Part shown: positions 9,743 through 18,379 of the stretch, piece after piece
How positions within the stretch are numbered: position 1 is the stretch's first letter
Layout of the letters: the number at the start of each line of letters is the position of its first letter
Made by a program: the position numbers and the translations under genes
The notes under the pieces: generated by a model
Database searches by the model: none
The model's input: only the letters and a program-made list of their open reading frames with translations
Told to the model about the DNA's origin: nothing
From: a virus
IMG/VR virus record: IMGVR_UViG_3300042894_004766
Coordinates: 35,792 to 99,791 of that record
Reading direction: 5' to 3' (one strand)
DNA: 64,000 nucleotides

Positions 9743-10255
9743 ATGGGAATAAAAAAATTGATATGTTTTGACTTTGATGATACTCTTTGTCATACCTTGA
9801 AACCAGAGGAAGGTAAACCTATCTGGAAAGAAAAATTTGGTACAGATTGGCCACATAGAGGATGGTGGTCGAAGCCAGAAACTTTGGATCTAGATGTCTT
9901 TGATACAAAAATAAACCCTTATGTCTACCAAGAATATTTAAAAGCAGTTTCTGATCCGGATAACTATGTTTTTTGTGCAACTGGTCGTATTGAAAAATTA
10001 AGAACTGAAGTAGAAGCAGTTTTACATAAATTAAACCTATCATTTGATGCTTTATATTTAAACACTGGTGGAGATACCTTCACTTTTAAATGTAGATTAT
10101 TTGCTAAACTTATTAGAGAATTACAACCAGAGGAATTCATTATGTATGATGATAGATTTGAACATTTAGTTGAATTTGAAAAATGGGCGGAAACTATTGA
10201 TTGTAAAATCACTATAATAGATGTAGTAAACAAAACAACAAAAACATTCAATTAA
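9743..10255 (+). CDS. HAD-superfamily phosphatase (Swiss-army-knife RNA-repair-like HAD)
   Basis: FDFDDTL motif I, GWWS, ATGR motif II, K, YDDR motif IV. Confidence 0.85.
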   Translation: MGIKKLICFDFDDTLCHTLKPEEGKPIWKEKFGTDWPHRGWWSKPETLDLDVFDTKINPYVYQEYLKAVSDPDNYVFCATGRIEKLRTEVEAVLHKLNLSFDALYLNTGGDTFTFKCRLFAKLIRELQPEEFIMYDDRFEHLVEFEKWAETIDCKITIIDVVNKTTKTFN

Positions 10256-10256
10256 G

Positions 10257-10541
10257 ATGCCAACTATTACTAAGAAAAAAACACAATCTAAAGTACAGGA
10301 GATTTTATCTAAACCTTACAAACTGATACTTCATAACGATGATTATAACTCATTTGATTGGGTTATTGAATGTCTTATGAAAGTATGTAAGCATGAATAC
10401 GAACAAGCAACACAATGTGCTCATATTGTTCACAATAATGGTAAGTGTGATGTTAAGTATGGTGATTTAGAAACCATTTCAGAAATGAAGAATTTACTAA
10501 AATCGGCGGGACTCTCAGTCACTATGGAAGTGAATGAATAA
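10257..10541 (+). CDS. clpS: ATP-dependent Clp protease adaptor ClpS
   Basis: LILHNDDYNSFDWVIECL...AHIVHNNGKCDVK. Confidence 0.93.
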   Translation: MPTITKKKTQSKVQEILSKPYKLILHNDDYNSFDWVIECLMKVCKHEYEQATQCAHIVHNNGKCDVKYGDLETISEMKNLLKSAGLSVTMEVNE

Positions 10542-10569
10542 AAAAAGACATCTTTAAGATGTCTTTTTT
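10541..10569. terminator. Bidirectional intrinsic terminator
   Basis: AAAAAAGACATCTT-T-AAGATGTCTTTTTT. Confidence 0.8.
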
Positions 10570-10590
10570 ATTTTAGAATGATTAAATTTT

Positions 10591-11688
10591 TTATTTTAAA
10601 CCATGTATTTTAGGAATTGAAAGTGAAGGTTCTAAATCAATTTCTAAATCAAATTTTAAATAATCTTCTCCTTTTCTAATAGTTATATAACATTTCTCAT
10701 CACCATGATATACACCACCATCTACTTCAAATCCTGGAAATAAATCTTCAAGCTCATCTTTGATGTCTCTAAGTATTTTTTCTGGGTAAATTTCACCCCA
10801 CTTCACCGCATTTTCAAAATTTTCTTCACTATCATAACCAAACATTTGATAATGACTACCATCTATACAATCATGTGGGAACAAATCATTTAATTGTTTT
10901 TTCTTTTCTTCTAAATCGGGTAACTCATAATCCGCATCTATATTAAGTGCTTCATTTGTAAATGATTCAAACTTTTTTAAATATTTCATAGTTTTAAAGC
11001 TCTCTACTACTTGTCCTACTGATTTTTCGATAACTTCCTTACTTGTTGTTGTAAAGTAGTAACCAAGTTTTTGAAAATCATTTCTGTTTGCAACAGAAGC
11101 ACCATTTTGTCCTGGAAACGCTGTAATTACAGAAAGAACTGTTTTATCACCTACTTTGCCAAGCTTGGCACCAATAAAACTAAGAAAAGTAGTTTTCTCA
11201 CCTTCACCTTCTTTTACTTTTATACTAAACTCATTTCCTCTAGAATCCTTATATTTATATAAATTCATAGATTTAAACTCATCACTATTTGGATCTGATT
11301 TATGTAAATTTTCTATACCTACTGGTATTTTAGAGTCTAATCCAAGCCATTTAAACTTTTCTGCTTCATCCGGGTTTGTTACTTTTGTCTCATTTGGTCC
11401 AAATCCTTTAGTCATATCAGTTGGTTTATTATTAGATACTAAGGAAACTATTGCTTTTTTCAAGTCAACTCCTTTTTCAAATTTAGATCCAGGTATTGTT
11501 TCGTCAACATGTGACTCAGTTATATGTGTAAGATCATCTAGAAGTAGAATAAAATCTCCGGCCTCAAAAACACTTTCTTTAGTGGCAGTTACCTTACCTT
11601 TAAGAAATTGATTTGCATCAACCATTTGTTGTATTTCTGAATAGATATTATCTTCAAGTGATTCATTAAATTTTTGTAAATGTTTCAT
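10591..11688 (-). CDS. CTS-tagged hypothetical protein carrying a second, internal tag
   Basis: Starts MKHLQKFNES. Internal MKYLKKFESFTNE begins at the ATG at 10989. Confidence 0.75.
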   Translation of the reverse strand: MKHLQKFNESLEDNIYSEIQQMVDANQFLKGKVTATKESVFEAGDFILLLDDLTHITESHVDETIPGSKFEKGVDLKKAIVSLVSNNKPTDMTKGFGPNETKVTNPDEAEKFKWLGLDSKIPVGIENLHKSDPNSDEFKSMNLYKYKDSRGNEFSIKVKEGEGEKTTFLSFIGAKLGKVGDKTVLSVITAFPGQNGASVANRNDFQKLGYYFTTTSKEVIEKSVGQVVESFKTMKYLKKFESFTNEALNIDADYELPDLEEKKKQLNDLFPHDCIDGSHYQMFGYDSEENFENAVKWGEIYPEKILRDIKDELEDLFPGFEVDGGVYHGDEKCYITIRKGEDYLKFDLEIDLEPSLSIPKIHGLK

Positions 11689-11735
11689 AGATTTCTTTTT
11701 TTTTATTATTCTATATATTTAGCTAGAAAAATCAT

Positions 11736-13883
11736 TTATTTACCATTACTATTAAACCAATTTATACCAGTTGTATTAGAATCGGTAACTGTTTTATTTC
11801 TATTTAAAATCTTTCTTCTAACATTCAGTAATTGTGTATAATCAACAGTTTCTGTAAATTCAAGATTTCTTAGGCAATCTTCAACATAAATCTTAAATAT
11901 GGGATCCTTTTGTAAAGTATCTTCAACCATCTCTTTAAAATCATTTTTTACAAAAGCAGATGTTGCATTTACAATAGTCATCACACAGTCATCATGTCCA
12001 ACATCTGCTGCATATCTTGTATTACCTGCAGTTGTTGTATGTTTAACAAATGTTGTAATCTCTCTAACAGTTTCCTCATTATTTATAGAAAATCCTTTAG
12101 AAATCATTAAATCTTGATAATCTTTAACCATCATATTCTTATTCTCACCTACTTTTAATCCAACTTTTTCTTCGGTTGCATCTGCTCTATGTTTGTATCT
12201 AAGGAAAATAGATGATCCATAATGATTATTACCATCAAATACGTGAGGTAACTCAGCAAGTAAAGTATTTCCGTAGTTATTTAACTCTAAAACTATCTTA
12301 ACATTATCTGGGTTTAAATATTCAAATGCTAAAATATAAAGTAATTCTGCCAATTGTTTAACTGAAACTAAATTACTTCTATATAAACCAATCTGTTCTA
12401 ATCTAAAGAAATCGGTAACCGATTTATAAGCTAATCTTTGTGATTCAATCGTATCCATATCTTTTTTAGATATTTTAAATATGTTTATGATTGAGTAATC
12501 CTGTCCTAAACCTTCTGCAATATCGACTGATAATATAATTTTCTCATTTTTTCTATTTATAGGCATGAATATTTCATCATCATCAATCCATTTCAAATCT
12601 CGATAACTAAATCGTAACTTATTTTCAAATTCAAATATCTCTTCAAATTTATAATTTTTCTTATTATTTAAAAGACTATCAATTATTGCCTCATTTAATA
12701 ATGACTTACTTGAGTTGATAAATCTTAGACCATATTCTTGATTGAAAGCATCCTCACCACCAATATCTTTTACTGCTTCTTCTTTCCAAGTTGTCATCTC
12801 ACCAATTGCTCTTAAAGGAACTTCAAATCCTTTTGAATCAATAAATGTTAAGTTTTTAACATCCTCATCTGTACATCTCTCATTATTAAATACAGAGATG
12901 ATGTCTTTTTGAAAATCTGAGTTGAATCCCATATGAGTTTTTGTTATATCCTCAGGATATGTTTCTCTAATACCACTAAATATTTGTTCTTTTGTTACAC
13001 CATGTTCATATAATCTATGATCATTTAATCTCAAATAAGTAACAAATCTTCCTGGTACTTGATGCCAGTAAACACGCATCGGTTTGTAGTTATTTTTAAG
13101 TGGATCACCTTCAGGTCTTTCTGCATCTGTTAACAACTTATGGAATAAGTTCATACCATTTGGTGTCGATGTAATAATAATCTTTGAATTTTGTACTGCT
13201 GATACGGTTGGATAAGCAGCGGTATAGTATGGTTCGATAATATTTGAAGGAATATGTGCGAACTCATCAAGATAAAGTACGTCAATGGTAAAACCGATTG
13301 CCGGTGTTTTAGATCTCGCAGATGTTTTTATTCTACATCCGTTTTCAAATGTTAGTGACTTTTGATTCCAAGTTTTAATACCCGGTTTTAAAAAGAATGG
13401 TAATAACGAGTAGATAGATTTAATCTTATCTACAATCTCAACTGCGGTATCTCCTTTATTGGCAACAATCATTATATTTTTATCATTACTAAATAGAATT
13501 GTATGCAACATGAAAATTGATGCTGAGATTGTTTTACCAACCTGACGAGAAGCCATTAAAATATTGAATCTACTATTTACAAAATTATCTAATATTTCTT
13601 TTTGATACTCTCTTAATTTAATTTGACCTACTGATCCATCTTCTGTCTTTACTCTACAATATTGTTCTGTAAAGTAATGCACATCTAACGCACATTTGAT
13701 GTATTCTTCTTGTTCTTCAGGTGACATTCTAAAAGATACACCTGCTCTTCTTAATCCTACTTCAGATTTTAACCAAGGATTTTGGTATCTTTTGATGACG
13801 ATACCGTCATTTATTTTATCTGTTGATTCATCTACCAGCTTCGTGGTAAAGATCATTTGTTTCTCTATTATTTCTTTTGCCAT
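11736..13883 (-). CDS. terL: Terminase large subunit (T4 gp17-like)
   Basis: LREYQ, ASRQVGKT (Walker A), LYLDEFAHI (Walker B), ITSTPNG, SVDIAEGLGQDYS, HDDCVM. Confidence 0.96.
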   Translation of the reverse strand: MAKEIIEKQMIFTTKLVDESTDKINDGIVIKRYQNPWLKSEVGLRRAGVSFRMSPEEQEEYIKCALDVHYFTEQYCRVKTEDGSVGQIKLREYQKEILDNFVNSRFNILMASRQVGKTISASIFMLHTILFSNDKNIMIVANKGDTAVEIVDKIKSIYSLLPFFLKPGIKTWNQKSLTFENGCRIKTSARSKTPAIGFTIDVLYLDEFAHIPSNIIEPYYTAAYPTVSAVQNSKIIITSTPNGMNLFHKLLTDAERPEGDPLKNNYKPMRVYWHQVPGRFVTYLRLNDHRLYEHGVTKEQIFSGIRETYPEDITKTHMGFNSDFQKDIISVFNNERCTDEDVKNLTFIDSKGFEVPLRAIGEMTTWKEEAVKDIGGEDAFNQEYGLRFINSSKSLLNEAIIDSLLNNKKNYKFEEIFEFENKLRFSYRDLKWIDDDEIFMPINRKNEKIILSVDIAEGLGQDYSIINIFKISKKDMDTIESQRLAYKSVTDFFRLEQIGLYRSNLVSVKQLAELLYILAFEYLNPDNVKIVLELNNYGNTLLAELPHVFDGNNHYGSSIFLRYKHRADATEEKVGLKVGENKNMMVKDYQDLMISKGFSINNEETVREITTFVKHTTTAGNTRYAADVGHDDCVMTIVNATSAFVKNDFKEMVEDTLQKDPIFKIYVEDCLRNLEFTETVDYTQLLNVRRKILNRNKTVTDSNTTGINWFNSNGK

Positions 13884-13931
13884 AATTGGACTTTAACTTT
13901 TTTTATATATATTGTAAAAAACCGTTTACTT

Positions 13932-14555
13932 ATGTCAAAAAGTGAAGAACAAAGAATTAGACTACAAGATGAATTCGATCAAATCCAGTCAGAAAACTCG
14001 GAATTCGACATTTCTCTACACTTAGCAAAGCCAGAAGATTTACCTGATTTAGGTGAAATTGAGATATATGATTATGATGCTGATTTAACTGTAGCTACAC
14101 AACAATCGATGGATGTATTAGAATCTTTGGTTGATTTATATTTAAGTGATATACCAAAATTAAAAGAGCATTCTTATATAAGAAATAAGATGAGAGAAGA
14201 TGCTATGGTTTACGCTGAAGCAATTTTCTTATCAAAAATGACTAGAAAAAACTTCTTATCTCAACTGAGACAAGTTGATAATGGTGATAACGCTGCAAGA
14301 ATGCATGAAGTTGTCAATCAAACAATTGGTCAGATTAGAGAGAATGGTAAGTTTTTATCAAATCAAAGAACTGAATTAGAGAAGTTCTATAAAACATTAA
14401 GAAAAGACTTAGGTTATAATGAAATAGAAAATCCTGAAGTTAAACAAGCTGAGGCAGAAAGTCAAGCAGATACATCTTCAGAGGGATTGATTACTAATAA
14501 TCGAGATCTAAATGATTTGATTAAAAATGCGATGACTAAAAGAGATGAGAAATAA
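13932..14555 (+). CDS. Probable terminase small subunit (gp16-like), divergent from terL
   Basis: AARMHEVV resembles the gp16 PRxFEV motif. Helical protein adjacent to terL. Start moved to 13932. Confidence 0.6.
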   Translation: MSKSEEQRIRLQDEFDQIQSENSEFDISLHLAKPEDLPDLGEIEIYDYDADLTVATQQSMDVLESLVDLYLSDIPKLKEHSYIRNKMREDAMVYAEAIFLSKMTRKNFLSQLRQVDNGDNAARMHEVVNQTIGQIRENGKFLSNQRTELEKFYKTLRKDLGYNEIENPEVKQAEAESQADTSSEGLITNNRDLNDLIKNAMTKRDEK

Positions 14556-14583
14556 AAAAAGACTAACATAGGTTAGTCTTTTT
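14554..14583. terminator. Bidirectional intrinsic terminator
   Basis: AAAAAGACTAAC-ATAG-GTTAGTCTTTTT. Confidence 0.8.
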
Positions 14584-14589
14584 CGTTTA

Positions 14590-15375
14590 TTAAAGCTTAG
14601 TAAGCCATATCACTGGGTCTATACCACTTAATACATAAAAACTCATTCTTCTATTACCACCAACAATATACCATTTTCCTTCAATTTCAATTGCCGATGT
14701 TATTGGCATTTTACCACCTTTCCTTATTTGTTCTTCAAAGAATAAATAAGATTTACCATAGTAGTCAAAGTAATGAACCGCGTCATTGTAGTCTTTTTTA
14801 TTGATGTCAGGGTACTTACTAAATAAGCCAGTAGTATTAAATTTATCTTCTGCACCTTTTTCTTTCAAGAAAGTCATAGTGTTATCATAAGCTTTTGATA
14901 ATCTTTGATACTCACTGGCATCTTTTATGAAATTTGAAAATTCACCTCTACCTATTGATTGTGAATCATCCGCTAACTTTTGAATTGTTGTTTTATCTAA
15001 TTGAACTTTCTGACCTTTCCAAAATACCTTCTTACAAAATTTAATAAAATCGTAATAAGGTTTTGCATCTACCTTTTTGTCACTAACTGTCAACTCTTTC
15101 ATTGATAGAATTTCGTCTGCAGTTGGTCCAATCTTTGAAGTATCTGTGTGTTTGCCATTTATATCATCTACTTGTGTTTCAAACTCTTTAGGTTCATCAA
15201 GATTGAAGATAGATTTATCTATAGTAAATTTCTCACCATCGACAATCAATTCACTTGGTAGTTGTTTTAACTCTTTAAAGATTCTAAACATTTCTTTGAT
15301 CTCAAGTTCGGCTTCTCCCCAATTTACTTTAGTTTCTTTACTAACAAACTCTTCGTATAATTTTAAATACTTCAT
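14590..15375 (-). CDS. CTS-tagged protein with C-terminal ParB/Srx-like domain
   Basis: Starts MKYLKLYEEF. C-terminal PITSAIEIEGKWYIVGGNRRM resembles the ParB GxxR motif. Confidence 0.65.
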   Translation of the reverse strand: MKYLKLYEEFVSKETKVNWGEAELEIKEMFRIFKELKQLPSELIVDGEKFTIDKSIFNLDEPKEFETQVDDINGKHTDTSKIGPTADEILSMKELTVSDKKVDAKPYYDFIKFCKKVFWKGQKVQLDKTTIQKLADDSQSIGRGEFSNFIKDASEYQRLSKAYDNTMTFLKEKGAEDKFNTTGLFSKYPDINKKDYNDAVHYFDYYGKSYLFFEEQIRKGGKMPITSAIEIEGKWYIVGGNRRMSFYVLSGIDPVIWLTKL

Positions 15376-15377
15376 AA

Positions 15378-16226
15378 TCATTTTTTATAATTAAAATTTT
15401 CAAAGGTTCTTACAATCTTATAAAGATTTAATTCTACTTTTGTTGTAATAAATGTATTTACTTTATTAAATGTAACTTGATTTATAATCAATTCACATTC
15501 TTCCATTTTAAGTACCTCTTTTACTTTCTCTTTTACTTCATCATCACTATTCTTTACTAGAAATTGAAGTACATCATTGATTCCTTTTGCTAACTTAATA
15601 GTATTGGTGTCATCATCATATAAAGAAACTTGATCATATTTAGTTATTTCTTCTTCTGTAAACTTCGTATCCGCGGTCTTTAATCCAATTATATGTTGGA
15701 GTACCAATCTTACTTTTTTGTGTACTATATCGTCTCTATCTCTGTTATAGAATGTTTCTGATATGAAGTAGAAGTTCTTTATTTTTAAACCAAAATCTAA
15801 TAGTTTTTCTTCTAATTTTTCAATTAGTGATTCATAACTTCTTTTAGAATTTTTAGAACAAATAACATAAATATCATCTTGACTATTTTTAAGATGTCTA
15901 ATATTTTCTAAATGGATTGTAAAGTCACCATTTTCAATAATATCTTTATTCATAAACTCTTGCATTGAGAAAGAAAGTTCTGATATATTTACATTATTAT
16001 TTTTAGATTTAATTTTAATCTTATTAAAAAGTTCTTCACTTAGCCAATAAGTTTGTCCATCTATATTAAAGTTTATATTATCCTTTTTATAAACACCTTT
16101 TCTTAAAAGATTAAATTCAGACTTTGATATTCTTATCAAAGGTTTATTAGGAGTTCGGGTATTTACTATCCAAACTTTACTATTCATTGTTATTAGACTA
16201 TTAAGGTCAAAGAAGTGTGCGTTCAT
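15378..16226 (-). CDS. Degenerate HAD-fold protein
   Basis: HFFDLN, ICSK, YDDD arrangement. Ends IVRTFENFNYKK. Confidence 0.55.
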   Translation of the reverse strand: MNAHFFDLNSLITMNSKVWIVNTRTPNKPLIRISKSEFNLLRKGVYKKDNINFNIDGQTYWLSEELFNKIKIKSKNNNVNISELSFSMQEFMNKDIIENGDFTIHLENIRHLKNSQDDIYVICSKNSKRSYESLIEKLEEKLLDFGLKIKNFYFISETFYNRDRDDIVHKKVRLVLQHIIGLKTADTKFTEEEITKYDQVSLYDDDTNTIKLAKGINDVLQFLVKNSDDEVKEKVKEVLKMEECELIINQVTFNKVNTFITTKVELNLYKIVRTFENFNYKK

Positions 16227-16242
16227 AGTACTATATATAAAT

Positions 16243-16272
16243 AAAAAAACCTATCTTTTATGATAGGTTTTT
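16243..16272. terminator. Intrinsic terminator
   Basis: AAAAACCTATC-TTTTAT-GATAGGTTTTT. Confidence 0.75.
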
Positions 16273-16277
16273 ATTTT

Positions 16278-16733
16278 TTATCTTAATAATTTTCTACTTA
16301 GTGCAAAGTCATATAGAACAGGTAAGTTTAAATATTCTATAAAGTGTTTTCTCATATCTTCTAATGTTTTAGATCTTTTTATAATACTTATAACTAATAA
16401 TCCAAATTCTTCTTGAAAATCTAAGTAACAATCACACCAAGGTCTATTATAATTCTCTAGTGTTTTCCACTCTCTCTCACCACCTGTTAGCCAATATAAA
16501 CTTTTTTCTGGTGATATATTATCAATATTCATTTCTTTAATATCAGTTTTCCAAACTTCATCACTTGCATCGCAATTTCTTAGTAATAATGAAACTGCTT
16601 CCCCTAAATCTGTTGTCAACTCTTTACCTATTTCGAAGAACCATTCATTTCCTTCCCTGCTAATTATTATTGTATTGTTATCATAAATGATTTTAGTTCC
16701 AATTTCTTTCAGTAAAGTCTTTTTCTTTCTCAT
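16278..16733 (-). CDS. Hypothetical protein
   Basis: ORF in a co-oriented run. Confidence 0.7.
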   Translation of the reverse strand: MRKKKTLLKEIGTKIIYDNNTIIISREGNEWFFEIGKELTTDLGEAVSLLLRNCDASDEVWKTDIKEMNIDNISPEKSLYWLTGGEREWKTLENYNRPWCDCYLDFQEEFGLLVISIIKRSKTLEDMRKHFIEYLNLPVLYDFALSRKLLR

Positions 16734-16752
16734 AGTTAGTAATTATTTTTAT

Positions 16753-17043
16753 CTAGATAGGTTTATTCAACCCACTCTTCCAAGTTCCTTTAAAAAATCC
16801 ATCTTCCCAAATGCCGTTTTCCCATGTTCCATGAAAAGCACCATTCTTGAATATCCCGTATTTCCAATCTCCATATTTAAAAATTCCTTCATGCCAAATT
16901 AAGGTTTCTTTCTTAATTTCTATAATAGCATTCTCTACTTCAGAATCAATTAGCCAATTGAATCCAAGTTCTTTTAATTTCTTTAAAATTTCTGATTTTG
17001 TTGTGATAGATTTATCACTATATTTAAGTTCTATAATTCCCAT
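16753..17043 (-). CDS. Small protein with G-x-(W/F)-x-x pentapeptide repeats
   Basis: WHEGIFKYGDWKYGIFKNGAFHGTWENGIWEDGFFKGTWKSG. Start moved to 17043. Confidence 0.7.
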   Translation of the reverse strand: MGIIELKYSDKSITTKSEILKKLKELGFNWLIDSEVENAIIEIKKETLIWHEGIFKYGDWKYGIFKNGAFHGTWENGIWEDGFFKGTWKSGLNKPI

Positions 17044-17185
17044 TCTAAAAATAATCTTTTTACAAGTATATATATTTTTTGACACCTGACATTCTTTTTC
17101 ACTTTATCTAATTTTTCCTCAAAAATGAAGATTTGGATTTGAAAAAAATAAAAAATAAAAAAAAACCAAGATTACTCTCGGTTTT

Positions 17186-17683
17186 TTATAATATTTTTAT
17201 AAGAAAAGTTACTTCTTCAACTTCATCATTATCTGATAATTCTTCAAACTCTTCTATTGATAATTTTTCTTCTTTTATTCTAACTAACATTTTAACTTTA
17301 TCATAAGTTTTCTCAACTAATTGTGATGTTAAAAGAATATATTCTTTAACTTCTGATATTTTAAAACTTTCTTTTTCTGTTCTACTAATATTTACTCTAA
17401 ATATAGTCTTATACTTACCTGTTACCAATTCACCTTCTTTATTTACATACGTATCATTTTCACTAAATCCTACTTTGATATTAAATCTATCATCATCCGA
17501 TGAATAAATTACTTCATTCTTAATTAGTTTTGACAAGTCTGCTTTTGGAAATTCATCTGGTAAACTAGGTTTTAGCTCAAATAAAATATTGATTAGTTCG
17601 ATAACTTCGTGTGTATCTAAGTCTTCGGGTTTAGTATATTTTATTTTACCTGAGAAATTCTCATATGTTTTTAAGTTTTTCAT
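17186..17683 (-). CDS. CTS-tagged hypothetical protein
   Basis: Starts MKNLKTYENF. TATATATA immediately upstream. Confidence 0.75.
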   Translation of the reverse strand: MKNLKTYENFSGKIKYTKPEDLDTHEVIELINILFELKPSLPDEFPKADLSKLIKNEVIYSSDDDRFNIKVGFSENDTYVNKEGELVTGKYKTIFRVNISRTEKESFKISEVKEYILLTSQLVEKTYDKVKMLVRIKEEKLSIEEFEELSDNDEVEEVTFLIKIL

Positions 17684-17695
17684 ATGAGTATATAT

Positions 17696-17724
17696 AAAAA
17701 AAACCAGGTTATTTACCTGGTTTT
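17696..17724. terminator. Intrinsic terminator
   Basis: AAAACCAGGT-TATTT-ACCTGGTTTT. Confidence 0.75.
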
Positions 17725-17728
17725 AATA

Positions 17729-18283
17729 TTATTTTTTTGACTTCATCAATCTATCAACTTCTGCGTAATCTTTTCTATCTAACGCATCATCAATCAATGA
17801 TTGAAAGTCTTTTTTTCTTAATTTTGATAAGTCTTCTGTAATAAGAACATCGTTATTTTCACTTTGTTTATTTCTTAAAGACTCAATATATCTATCGAAA
17901 CTAGGCATTCTGATGTCATAACCTTTTTCTAGAAAATATAAGTAAGCATTTATTGATCTTTCATTTTTTGGTACTTTTGGTACTTTTACTGGCTTCATAT
18001 TTTTTAATCTATCATAGATTTTTTTAGTAACTGGTGAGAACTTACTAAAAACCATGAATTGTGGGTCATGTAATTTATTGGTATATTTACACATTAGTTG
18101 TTCTTCCATGCCAATAACTTCGCCTGTATCAGTTGCGATATACAATTTATTAGAACCTGTATTTTTATCACTTACTAATACTTCAAATCCCCAAGAATAG
18201 GTTTCTGCAATACTAAAAATTTGTCTTAAATCCATTGTCTTTAGATTTATACAAATTACCTTATCAATATTAAAATCTGCCAT
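17729..18283 (-). CDS. Hypothetical protein with C-terminal IDEAL-like motif
   Basis: SLIDDALDRKDYAEVDRL. Start moved to 18283, downstream of the host-type promoter. Confidence 0.7.
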   Translation of the reverse strand: MADFNIDKVICINLKTMDLRQIFSIAETYSWGFEVLVSDKNTGSNKLYIATDTGEVIGMEEQLMCKYTNKLHDPQFMVFSKFSPVTKKIYDRLKNMKPVKVPKVPKNERSINAYLYFLEKGYDIRMPSFDRYIESLRNKQSENNDVLITEDLSKLRKKDFQSLIDDALDRKDYAEVDRLMKSKK

Positions 18284-18300
18284 AGTTATTTTTATTTTAA

Positions 18301-18332
18301 CAAAGATAAAGATAATATTTAAAATATCCAAA
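18301..18332 (-). promoter_or_regulatory. Bacteroidota -33/-7 promoter
   Basis: TTTG-N20-TATCTTTG on the minus strand. Confidence 0.7.
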
Positions 18333-18379
18333 AATGATACTTATTATTTTATATATATACTAAAAATTTTTTATCAATA

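Noticed and set aside
12795-13046. Intein or intron in terL
   Set aside because: No Cys/Ser start or His-Asn end, and the frame is uninterrupted.
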